Source of the DNA: Okamejei kenojei
Taxonomy: Eukaryota
Length of the DNA stretch: 64,000 nt
Assembly (NCBI GenBank): GCA_035221665.1
Contig: CM069143.1
Span: 55,552,001 to 55,616,000, forward strand
Reading direction: 5' to 3'
Shown here: one piece after another, positions 27,601 to 36,532 of the stretch
Layout of the letters: each line of letters opens with the position of its first letter
Numbering within the stretch: position 1 is the first letter of the stretch
Notes under the pieces: generated by a model
Databases searched by the model: none
Seen by the model: the letters and a program-made list of their open reading frames with translations, nothing else
Told to the model about the DNA's origin: nothing
Made by a program: the position numbers and the translations under genes

Positions 27601-30600
27601 AATATAATAGACTGCCTAATCTTATATAGAACAAAGTAATGTAAACCGGACTAGAAAAGAATGGGAACCTGCTTGAATTATAAGAGTTGATGGTGCAGGG
27701 ATCTGCATTTTGGGCAAGTAGCTGCCAGATGAATGGCAAATGTTATAATTAATTCTTCAGTCAATATTTTACTAAAACACTGTATTCGCCAGTCTCTACA
27801 AACCAGGTTCCGCAGCCACTTATGGGAATGAACAGACCCACTGTGAATACTAATGCACCACCACCTCAAGGTCCACCTGGAAGCCTGGGAAACCAAATGC
27901 CAGAAAACAACATTGGATTGGTAATGTATTAAATATGTTGCAAAATATAACTAACACGGTAGAATATAGATGTGGATATAAGAAGAATAGTAAGTGAACC
28001 TGAGCTTCCAGGAATATTTTTATTCTTTCAAGTGTTAGTAGGGGAAAGAATGTGGCTAAAATCAAACATTATATAGTTATGTTCGTTGGTGTGAGTTTGG
28101 TGAAGCTCTAACTATATTTGCAATATGTAGAGCATTTTGTTTAGTGCTTTAATTCTGGCAAGTTTTACTTAACCAACACATAACGTCAGTGTACTGATTC
28201 CTTTTCTTGTAGAAGAGGATTTTTTTTCCTTTACTAGATTTTCAGCCATGTCCTCAAAAAACTTTAAAGCTATGCCTTATTTTTGGTTTAGAGTGCTCGG
28301 ATAGATTATCTGACTTTGGCTCTTATCCTATAGTGATATTGTTGCCAATATTTCATAATTACGTGCTATTTTCAAAAATGTTCTCGTATATTGCACAATA
28401 ATTTATTCTGGGTTAATTCTATGTCAATGTGACATGGAATTATACAAGAGAAGAAAACCAGCAAGATTTAATATAGTATAGTCTCTAAAATGTCACTGCT
28501 TTCTTAATTCCAAGTTCTCACAGGAAAAATTGATCCGAACTCCATTACACCAGGCTTGCGTTGTAATGGTTATTAATCTATCGGTTTATACTAATTACAT
28601 TGAAAGCGGCGTATGCTTTTCTTTCGTGAATTTAGTAATACATTTCAAGATAGCTGTATGAAAGACACAAATTTCTGACCTCCCAGTTACTTTCTAAATG
28701 GCAAGTTGCCATTTGCGGAAGCAATTTATTTGTAAGGGCAATGCTTTTTCTTTAGCGGAAGAATGTTATTTCTTCATTAGCAGCTTTTAGTCTTGTTTTA
28801 ATATTCTGTAATACTTCTGATCTGATCAGATCATAAGGCTACTAGCTGATTTTCAATTTATCTATTGATCTCTAATTGCTTTCTGGAGTAAATAAGGATA
28901 AATTATGATGAGTCCCCTGCTAGACCAACATATGCATAACTTAATACCAGGTTCGGTAAACGTTTGAACTGGGTTTACACATAGTACCAAAATGAGATTG
29001 TGAATGGATAGAAAAATAAAAGAAAATCCAAAGGGAAAAGTTTGAATGCAGACTTCTGGAAATACTGAGGAAGTGGTTTGAGTTTAAATAGGTGAAAGTC
29101 AATTTCTCAAAATAAAATACTTACAGGGAATTATTCTTAATTTGTATTCCAGTTTTGCATTCCATTTATCCGGTTTCTTGTGGACTTAACTGTTTCAGGC
29201 TCCGTGATTATATTGAGAACGTTACTTCTTATGTATTCTTTTGACATGGATTTTGTTCCAATAAGATTATATACTATTGCCTGGTCTGTAATTCCATATA
29301 TTTCTTAATGCAGTTAAAACAGTTTCTGTGTATACTGTCACCTCTTTACATTGGATTTCTGTATCCACACTTGTAAAACTGACCGTTTAAGCTTGTAGAC
29401 TAAAATGACATGGTGGTGGTGGTGGTGTTGTATTCCAATCACCGAAAGGAGAAAGCACTTGTATTTGTGCTAAGCTTGTATAAGAATTTATTATGGAAAA
29501 ACTATGTGCAGAATGTGACTTAAAATCGATATGAGCTACATTGATACACTAATGTGCCTATAGCTTGCACATGGTCTCTATTCTGTGCAGTGTCTCAGGA
29601 GGTTAACTGTAAAATAATCCATAATTGGCAAGCAGGTACTAAACTTTGAGAGTTATACATTCAAAAGGCAATACCACTTAACTTAGTGTGGATATGCCAA
29701 ATCATTTATTTACACCCATAGTGAATAATGAGATATTGTACTGAAATAAATGGCACTAATGGGACGATGGATACCTATATCAGTTTTGATGGTGCTGTTA
29801 TACAAGGCTTTTGTGTCAACAATTGCAAAAACATTTTAGAAACTTAAAGCTCATATTGCCCAACAATCATTTTTTTAAGAAACTCCAGCCTACCTGACTT
29901 ATTGCCAAATCACTCATTCCATTCTTTGTCTGAAAGCTATTCGACATCGGAGTCTATTAGTACAATATTCGGATTATACGGTGTCCTGTGTAGCTTATTA
30001 TCAATTGAAAACAGCACTGCTAAGTTTAGTTCCCATTCGTTTTCTTGAATAGGATTATACTGACTTATGCATATTATAGTTACACGTCGCCAAATAGATT
30101 TGGTTAGTTGGGTTTTCTGGAAATCACTTTTGAATAGAAACATTTCTGAACCTGATCTACATAAGGCAGCCACTCATCATGAATATATTGATGCTGGGAA
30201 AAATTAAACCCTTAATTTATCAAAGAATTTTAATGTAAAATGATTTGGTGTCTTTTGATTGTTATGGGGAAGTTATTGTTCTATTAGGCTATGTTTTCCC
30301 CCATGAGATGCCATAATTTAGACTAATTCAGTAATCTTTAAGCAGTGGCCAGGACTATTAATTAATTTTAGTATTATTTGGAGGGCACGGCCTCAACATA
30401 GGAAACAACCTTGCAGATATTTTGTATAATTATATATTTGGAACTAGTGTTCTACGTTTGTATGTCTTTGACAGTTTGACAATTGATCTTATATACGTCT
30501 TCTTGTAGTTGTCACTACATTAATGCACCAGCTACTGTTTTTTATTTGCAGATATTAATTGGACTTTTAGAATTGAAATTTAATTTTTGAGTGATGAGAC

Positions 30601-33600
30601 TTGAATTCCATTGATTTTGCAGTTGATTCATTTAAGTATAGGTAGTTCTGTTACCCTGCGATTGTTGCATTCCCAAGAAACCATGCATTATAGAAATCAT
30701 GTTACGAAAACATTTGTGTCATTGGGGAAGGAGCAATTACAAGTCAGGCAGTATTTATTTTTGCAGTGGTTTGAAATATAAAGGTATTTTTAATAGCTGC
30801 AAGTTTATTTTTGTTAATGCAAATGAATGCCAAAGGCTATAGTATACTCTCTTAGGGTTTAACAGAGTATAATTTTGCACACGTGTCAGTAGATGCTATT
30901 GCTGGTCAATTTCTATGGTCACTTGCAGTTAAACTGACACCGTTGTTCCTAATAGACAATAGTGTGATTACTGTGGGCAGGTTGATGTGAACAGTTTTTT
31001 CCAAGCCAACTTTATTTCTGCTTGTCAATTTCAAAGGAGCTTTGAAGTGGTTCTCAAGTCCTATCAAAATTGCATTATAACCAATTTGGCCCGCGTAATT
31101 CAAATAGTGTTCCCTAATTCATGAATTGCAATGTGTCCTATTCATGTCATGGAAGTGCATGTTATAGCAGAACTATCTGCATTGACGTTGTATCACCAGT
31201 GTCAAAGGCATGGTGCTCTATATTCCAGAACATAGTGTTAATACAAGGTGCACAATGAGGATTTAAAGCATGTTCATGTGCAATCACATTTCTTGTTGGT
31301 CGCTTCTAAAATTACACATTGAAATCCACTGCACAAAATGGGCCAGTGACAGTTTGAGGGAAATTTAATTTAAATTGCATTTTGGCAACATTGTTATAAG
31401 CACTAGTCTCTATACTCCCTTTATTTTAAAAAAAGGGAAGCGGAGAACCCGTGACTTTTCCTCAAGTGTTTTATATTATTTGTATTTCTGTGGGGAGGTT
31501 TTGTGGCATGTGCTGTCGGGCACCTTCAGAAAGGCTATGAATTTCTCGGCAGTTTCAATATGGCAAGTGAAGCACCCTGGTTGTCGCTCATTCATTCAGT
31601 TTGTTGTATGATGCCCAGGACAACAATGTGAAGGTTTCTTAACGTAACAGTTTATAGCTACTAAAACGTACATGTGCTGATAGCACTATAGTGCCTTGTG
31701 TGCCATAATTATTGATCAGTACTTTTCCATAGACCTTCTGGCAGCTGTTTCTTCTTGGACATATCCATGACTGAGCCTCTTGCCAATGTCACGATTTTAG
31801 TCTGGTCGAGCCAGGTTAATGATATTTATAGATGTTTTGACTTTAAGAATCCAAACATCTAATTGAATTCTACATTGCACAAACATTGAAGTAATTGTAA
31901 GAGTTTTTGTAATTTGAATCGATGGGAAAGAGACAATTTTGAGATACTTATTAAACCGTTAATATGTCAATGCTCAATGAGATGGGATAGTAAACTGAAA
32001 AGGGTAAAATTAGTTCAGCAGCGCAACGGTCGTTTAATAAGTATTGAATTTTTGCCAGCAAAACTGCAAGTAAGTATGCCGAGTATAGAATGGAATACAA
32101 TTAATGGATTTCAATACTCCCTTCCATTAACGGAACTCACTTATTTTTGTTCTGCCTCACTACTGATGGGATATTTTTAATGTGTGCTATTTGTAAACAT
32201 ACACTTGTCACTTAATGGTGCTGTTTGCCATTTGGTAAATTGGATTTTTTATTGTTTAAAACCTTTTGTAGTTTTCTTTCTCTGGTTCTGAAATTAGAGA
32301 TAATTCCTTAGATGATGTGCTTGTTGGTTTTATTGACTGAGTCATCACAGGAAAATGTCAACTTATATTGCTCTTCAGTTGCACTTTTGACTGGGATTGA
32401 TGACAGTACTTTGCATTGTCCTGTATTCAAGGTAATTAATTTCAATTCCGTAAGAAACTGCAATGCATACAACCAAGAATTTAACCCCCCCCATCCCCAA
32501 CCTTCTCTCTGCCCATGCATCACACAATTAGACATTCACAACTACCTTTTCTTCTCGGATGATCATAACAACGTACTAGTATTCACTGACTGCAGGCATT
32601 TTAGTTTAAAATTAAAAAAAAAAACTGCAGCATGTTAATCTCAAATATAATAATTAATATCTTTTAAAATATTGCAAACTTTTTTGAGACTGTGCATCAG
32701 ATCACTGGTGGAAACCTTTTGATTGGGAGATGATGCACTGGAAATCAAAACATTGAGGACAAGACATTCCATTTACCGTTTGTTTGTTTTGAGTTTTGTT
32801 TTGAAACTATTGCGTAGCATGTTGCTGAATTTTTGATCATCATTAATACCTGTACCCGTGAATTGATTTATCTTTTGTCTCTTCCATTCCACCAACCTCC
32901 CCTCCCCCATGCTCAAACTCCCGATTCTTCAACCAGACGTTGCATCTCATGTTGCCCGTAGACATCTTTTTATGATTGTTCATTTGTAGAAAGGGATTTT
33001 ACTGTGCCGACTCCCCATGCTCCCACCTTTTCCTAGGCTTGAGGCACCAGAGCTGAACTCGCTCTGAGGAGGATCCCAATTAGTAAAACAGGACCATTAA
33101 TAGCTTCTGTTGCTATTTCAGTGAAGGTTTTTTTCTAAAAGTGATTTTACAGGAATCTAACCAAGATGCAGAAGGTGAAATCCTCATTAAAGGAGGAGGG
33201 AAAACTACTTTCCGATGTGATTAAATATAGGAGTTTGGGAATACCAATCTGATAGTATTAATGGGTGGCTTACATTATCTATTTTCTAGTATAATTTGTA
33301 AATGTTATTAGAAAGATGAATAATTGACTTGCTCTGGGGAATAAAAAGTAATCTGCTTTTATTGTTCTTCAGCAAGTACATTCCCATTCTAGAAGTTTAA
33401 GCTACTTTGAATTAACTTGTGTATTCCATATTTGTTATATATGTGGCAATTTATGTTTCCGAGGGAATTGTTTGTTTTGATAGCTTGCTTTGAGCACCAA
33501 TAAGAGTTTTATTTTGCTAATTATATCTCTCTGCTAAGATGTTGATTCTTTGTCAAAGTTCCATGTATGAGCCTCCTCTGGCTCTTGGTTATTGTTGAGA

Positions 33601-34312
33601 ACTGAGGCTTTCTAGTTAAGCCCAGTCTTTGAGCATGCTTCTAACAAAGGTGATTATATCCTATTTAACTGATCTGTAATCTACACAAACCAAAACCAGA
33701 ATTTGGAACCTGTTAAAGTGTTGACACTTATTTAACAAAGAAATGCTCAAGTGTTTGTGTACATCATTTTTGGACCTTAATTCATATCAGGATACTTTGA
33801 GTGCATGTACTATTCTATCTGATAACTTCTGACGTGTGTGTGTGAGTCTGTGCATCTACAATTGATGTTCCTGAAAGAGTAGTTGGCTTACCTTTTTTGT
33901 TTTCTTTGTTCTCATTTTGTACATTTATATTTCGTCAGTTTTAGTAAGTGCTGTATACAGACAGCAAGTGGAAGGTGCTGAAATGTTTCCCTAAGTTTGT
34001 TATTATCTTGTAAGTCTAATATAATTACCCCTTTCCCTTTTTTTATCGGTACTTCTGGACCCTGCTGAATTTCATCGTTCCATTGGGGATTCTCAACCTG
34101 CCTAATGTAAAATCTACGTTGGACTTGCAATGAACATTAATATCCATTTCTACGCATTTTAAATAAATTAATAGCCTAATGATCGATTTGTTCCTGGAAA
34201 TATGGATGGTCAAGCAAATAACATGGGCGGACCGATGGTTGGCAGCCCTGCTGGGTTTCCCCGTGGAAATCAAGTTGCAGAGTTTGGTGCAAACAAGCGT
34301 CGTAGATACTAA
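3268..34312 (+). CDS. NONO: NONO / p54nrb (DBHS family), spliced CDS: join(3268..3654,12220..12521,16915..17010,17837..18033,19661..19745,21658..21769,23173..23227,27793..27920,34175..34312), 499 aa
   Basis: Exon lengths 387+302+96+197+85+112+55+128+138 = 1500 nt, open frame, all introns GT-AG. Domains: RRM1, RRM2, NOPS, coiled coil. Residues [28 protein letters not shown], an N-terminal H/Q tract and C-terminal [10 protein letters not shown] fit NONO better than SFPQ or PSPC1. Confidence 0.93.
3382..3462 (+). repeat. Coding trinucleotide repeats (CAC)3 (CAG)8CAACAG and (GCC)5
   Basis: Read directly from the sequence. Encodes H3Q10 and A5. Confidence 0.9.
3840..4590. repeat. Cluster of Penelope-derived 3' repeats including a fold-back pair
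   Basis: Several copies of 'gatgctgcctg...gctgagttactcc'. Arms 3958-4029 and 4041-4112 are inverted repeats. Confidence 0.7.
5335..5480 (-). mobile_element. SINE fragment (HE1/V-SINE-like)
   Basis: CR1-like tail 'gaaacaggtccttcggcccac' joined to 'ccaattaacctacaaaacctgtatgcctttggagtgtggga'. Related to the copies at ~23720 and ~44270. Family name is from recall. Confidence 0.55.
5840..6085. repeat. Unclassified interspersed repeat with GCTATAGGATCTTTG ends
   Basis: The motif occurs at ~5919-5933 and ~6068-6082, with CAAAGAT in the opposite orientation. A similar motif sits at ~2713-2727. Confidence 0.35.
6190..6680 (-). mobile_element. Degenerate CR1 LINE RT fragment
   Basis: Minus-strand reading [11 protein letters not shown] resembles the RT motif SGVPQGSVL. 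'tacacagtactccaggtgtggtct' matches the younger CR1 copies. Confidence 0.55.
7090..7890. repeat. GC/G-rich unclassified insertion, probably a non-autonomous element
   Basis: Abrupt G-rich, CpG-rich block in an AT-rich intron, with an internal repeated 'gtgac(g/t)tcactcgctg'. No coding similarity recognised. Confidence 0.35.
8682..8848. mobile_element. Tc1 deletion derivative (MITE-like), 167 bp
   Basis: TA|CAGTGCCCTCC ... GGAGGGCACTG|TA. The interior matches the right TIR of the Tc1 at ~50915-51045. Confidence 0.85.
11030..11310 (-). mobile_element. Penelope-like element 3' end (ORF end plus 3' repeat), followed by an inverted partial copy
   Basis: 'gaaattggagaagtcagtgtacataccgctgg' (minus reading [10 protein letters not shown]) resembles the segment at ~62645 and is contiguous with the abundant 3' repeat. 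Confidence 0.6.
12220..12521 (+). CDS. NONO: NONO coding exon 2 (end of RRM1, RRM2)
   Basis: TTGCAG|GAA acceptor. [14 protein letters not shown]...[12 protein letters not shown]...GAFLLT. Donor GC|GTAAGT. 302 nt. Confidence 0.97.
12640..13660 (-). mobile_element. L1-clade LINE fragments (ORF2 piece and 3' end)
   Basis: ORF 13317..13706 reads [14 protein letters not shown]...[15 protein letters not shown]...[14 protein letters not shown], the L1 EN-RT linker. A T-run at ~12628-12645 could be the poly(A) tail. Confidence 0.75.
14190..14700 (-). repeat. GC-rich interspersed repeat, related to 42630-43300
   Basis: Both share 'aacatcca(c/t)cacag(c/t)g..aatc...ctgtgatggaag(g/a)caa..aagtc' and have a short tandem tail at the left end. 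Confidence 0.55.
15265..16055 (-). mobile_element. CR1 LINE RT fragment, frameshifted
   Basis: [36 protein letters not shown] and [11 protein letters not shown] spread across ORFs 15490-16057. Confidence 0.9.
16915..17010 (+). CDS. NONO: NONO coding exon 3 (NOPS)
   Basis: CTGTAG|G acceptor. [31 protein letters not shown]. Donor AA|GTAAGT. 96 nt. Confidence 0.96.
17837..18033 (+). CDS. NONO: NONO coding exon 4 (NOPS / coiled coil)
   Basis: [25 protein letters not shown]...[10 protein letters not shown]. Donor AAG|GTATGT. 197 nt. Confidence 0.97.
19661..19745 (+). CDS. NONO: NONO coding exon 5 (coiled coil)
   Basis: CATAG|AT acceptor. [28 protein letters not shown]. Donor AG|GTAAAG. 85 nt. 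Confidence 0.96.
19770..20845. mobile_element. Non-autonomous hAT element carrying captured local DNA
   Basis: TIRs CAGGGGTCGGCAACC and GGTTGCTGACCGCTG. Perfect 8-bp TSD CATTAAAT at 19762-19769 and 20846-20853. Confidence 0.9.
21658..21769 (+). CDS. NONO: NONO coding exon 6
   Basis: [37 protein letters not shown]. Donor ACT|GTAAGG. 112 nt. Confidence 0.94.
22392..22942 (+). repeat. Intronic segment duplicated at 20161-20700 (possibly an ancient LINE remnant)
   Basis: Colinear, near-identical direct copy, visible by eye over ~550 bp. Confidence 0.9.
23173..23227 (+). CDS. NONO: NONO coding exon 7
   Basis: TTTTTCCAG|AGA acceptor. [18 protein letters not shown] (compare mammalian REQEIRMGQMAM). 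Donor CAG|GTGAGG. 55 nt. Confidence 0.88.
23720..23940 (-). mobile_element. Degenerate tRNA-derived SINE
   Basis: B-box-like GTTCAATC on the minus strand (~23880-23887). Similar to the copy at 44270-44460. Confidence 0.5.
24490..25950. mobile_element. Ancient degenerate LINE fragments
   Basis: 'tggaaaattgcccaggta' (WKIAQV, pre-RT motif) on +, followed by a decayed minus-oriented segment. No intact ORF. Confidence 0.4.
27451..27489 (+). CDS. NONO: Predicted 39-nt in-frame cassette exon of NONO ([13 protein letters not shown])
   Basis: U-rich tract with TTTTAG| acceptor and CAG|GTATGT donor. Phase 1-1 matches the flanking exons, with no stop codon. Confidence 0.65.
27793..27920 (+). CDS. NONO: NONO coding exon 8 (low-complexity G/P/M region)
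   Basis: GCCAG|TC is the only nearby acceptor that keeps frame. [15 protein letters not shown]...PPPQGPPG...MPENNIGL (compare MPDGTLGL). Donor TTG|GTAATG. Confidence 0.85.
30640..31179. mobile_element. Old Tigger/pogo-like non-autonomous element
   Basis: Imperfect inverted termini AGGTAGTTCTGTTA and TAGCAGAACTATCT. Confidence 0.4.
34175..34312 (+). CDS. NONO: NONO final coding exon with C-terminal NLS
   Basis: AATAG|CCT acceptor. PNDRFVPG...[24 protein letters not shown]. Confidence 0.93.
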   Translation, partial: PNDRFVPGNMDGQANNMGGPMVGSPAGFPRGNQVAEFGANKRRRY

Positions 34313-35056
34313 ATACAGACCTGAAAGATGCAGTAGCCTTTAGCCATTCCACTTAATTGCCTCGAGTATTTTTGCAGATTGTATCAGTTGTAATGAGCTT
34401 TAGTACATACGGTCTTTTTGGTATTTTACTGTTTCAAATATTCTTTTAACTTCCTGTTGGATGTATTTAGTGAATGTGCATGATATGTTTCAGTAATCCA
34501 CAATGTACATAATGTAATGCACAAGTTGCAGAGAAATTGGACAAAAAGTCTCACTGAGATGTTACTATTTTGATATTTGTTTAGCTGCTCTAGCACCACC
34601 TTCAATGAAAAACAGTCTTCTGGAACAATTTCGTCTTCTGTGATTTTTGTTTTTTTTAAAGTGATTTCAGACAGTAAAATTGGAATCTCAAATGGCTTAT
34701 GTGTTTTTATTTTGTATTGCTGAAGGCCTTATGTTGATATGTTTAGTATTTTAAATATAGTAGATGGGGTTGGGATGGGAGCGAAACATAGGCAATAGGT
34801 GGGTTTGCATTTGAGTTTGTTGGAATGTGGAATGGGCTTAAGCCTTTTGACATGGACTAGGCAGAATTGAAGTTTATTGACCATATCATGCTTTGTTGGC
34901 TTTATAAGGATATGGTGAATTCTGTTTAGGAGGTTCTAAAGATTGAAATAATTGAAACTACTGACCATATCTATCAGGAATTATCTTGTATTTGTGGGTT
35001 CGGACATAAGAATTAAAATTCACCTGATCCCTGGAAACATGCCTGACTTGCAGGAA

Positions 35057-35393
35057 AATAAATCAAATATAAACCCACCTTTTTGAAATTGATACCCTCT
35101 AGTTTGTTCACAGTTGCTTGGTATACGTTGCAATACACACTTTAAGATGCAAATAAAGTTCTCGGCAATCTTTCCTGTATTGTAATGTATTCATTTACAG
35201 CCCCAATTTTTTTTTTTGTTAATAATTAATGTATTGTTGGTGCTCATTCCTCTAGTATTTTTTTTTATTTTGCAAAGTATGTTGCCTTTCATTTCAATTA
35301 TTCATCATTTGTAGATTTAAGAGTTTTTTTTTTTGGAGTCTTTTTTGTTTATAGGTGAAATCTGACCTTTTATCTTGGACATTGTTAAATAAA
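35057..35393 (+). terminator. NONO: Proximal poly(A) signals of NONO
   Basis: AATAAA at 35057, 35152 and 35388. The 35152 site is followed by GT/T-rich sequence. Confidence 0.65.
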
Positions 35394-36309
35394 AGGAGAA
35401 AATTGCTTAAACCCATCTAATTTCCCGGTTGCTAAACATTTTTCAGAGCTGCCAAGTAGTACGCATTTTCCGTATTTTGTACTGAAATGTGATAAGAATA
35501 CTGATGTACGATTTTGTGTTGAATACGGATTTTAAATACGGAGTTCAATTCAGTCGGAAGAAGGGTCTTGAGCAGAAACGTCACCCATTTCTTCTCTCCA
35601 GAGTTGCTGCCTGTCCAGCTCCAGGTTTAAACAGAGTGCTGTCAGTTTAACGCGTGGGAATTTAAACAAAAAGCTGTTGGCAGGAGCGCTGTTGGATCTA
35701 AATATTGCGTTACCGGCTAGAGCGCTATGGGCTTTACACATAGCGCATTGGCTACAGCTATGGGTCACAGGCTGTTCAGCAAAATTCTCAAATAACAATG
35801 AGTCTTTGGAATTCTCTATGAGCCTTTGATTATTTTTCAGGCAGTGGTAGAATTCTGGATAAACCTAGTGGTGAAAGGTTACCAGTGGGATTGCAGTTAC
35901 ATTGGGATTGGCCTTGATTTTACAGAACGGTGGGTGAGCTCAAGGGGGAGAGAGGGAGGGGTGGAGAGAGGGAGAGGAGGGAGGGAGAAGTAGAAAGGGA
36001 GGGATAGTGGGAGGGAGGGATGGATGGAGAGAGGGAGCATTGGGGGGGAAGAAGGGAGGATTCCAAAATGGCTTCTACATCATTATCGTGCTAAAAGCAG
36101 GAAGCAGCCATTCAAACAGCAGTATACAGAGAAATGGCAATGAATGCACTGTCAAGTAAGGTGCACAGAAGACGCGTCAATTGGTGGCAAAGTTATTCAT
36201 TCTTGTACTATTACATGGGTATGACCGCACATAAAAAATAAAATTTTTCAGCAAGATGGCGCCGCGTAAAAATACTGATTTTTAAAATACTGAAATACCC
36301 AAGTCGCAC

Positions 36310-36532
36310 TAGCTTCTCGCTTTCACCCAACAAACAACCTGTTTCCTTTATCATCGCTATTTGTTGCCTATCTTCCATCATTGTTATTTATATCTCAACA
36401 TCATTGTCTATATCTCTTGTTTCCCTTATCCCTAACCAGTCTGAAGAAGGGTCTAGACCCGAAACGTTACCCATTCCTTCTCTCCAGAGATGCTGCCTGT
36501 CCCGCTGAGTTACTCCAGTTTTTTGTGTCTAA
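36310..36532 (+). mobile_element. Penelope-derived 3' repeat with a hammerhead-like core at 36441-36468
   Basis: CTGAAGA-A-GGGTC-TA-GACCC-GAAAC-GTT followed by the conserved 'gatgctgcctgtcccgctgagttactccag'. Confidence 0.7.

Noticed and set aside
28904-29070. ATGATGA C-box-like motif suggesting an intronic C/D snoRNA
   Set aside because: No D box at a typical distance and no terminal stem.
3268-34312. Assignment as SFPQ or PSPC1
   Set aside because: There is no long P/G/RGG N-terminus as in SFPQ. The H/Q tract, [27 protein letters not shown] and EFxxNKRRRY together fit NONO best.
36250-36266. YY1-like CAAGATGGCG motif suggesting a promoter
   Set aside because: Isolated, no CpG island, and embedded among repeat-like sequence.
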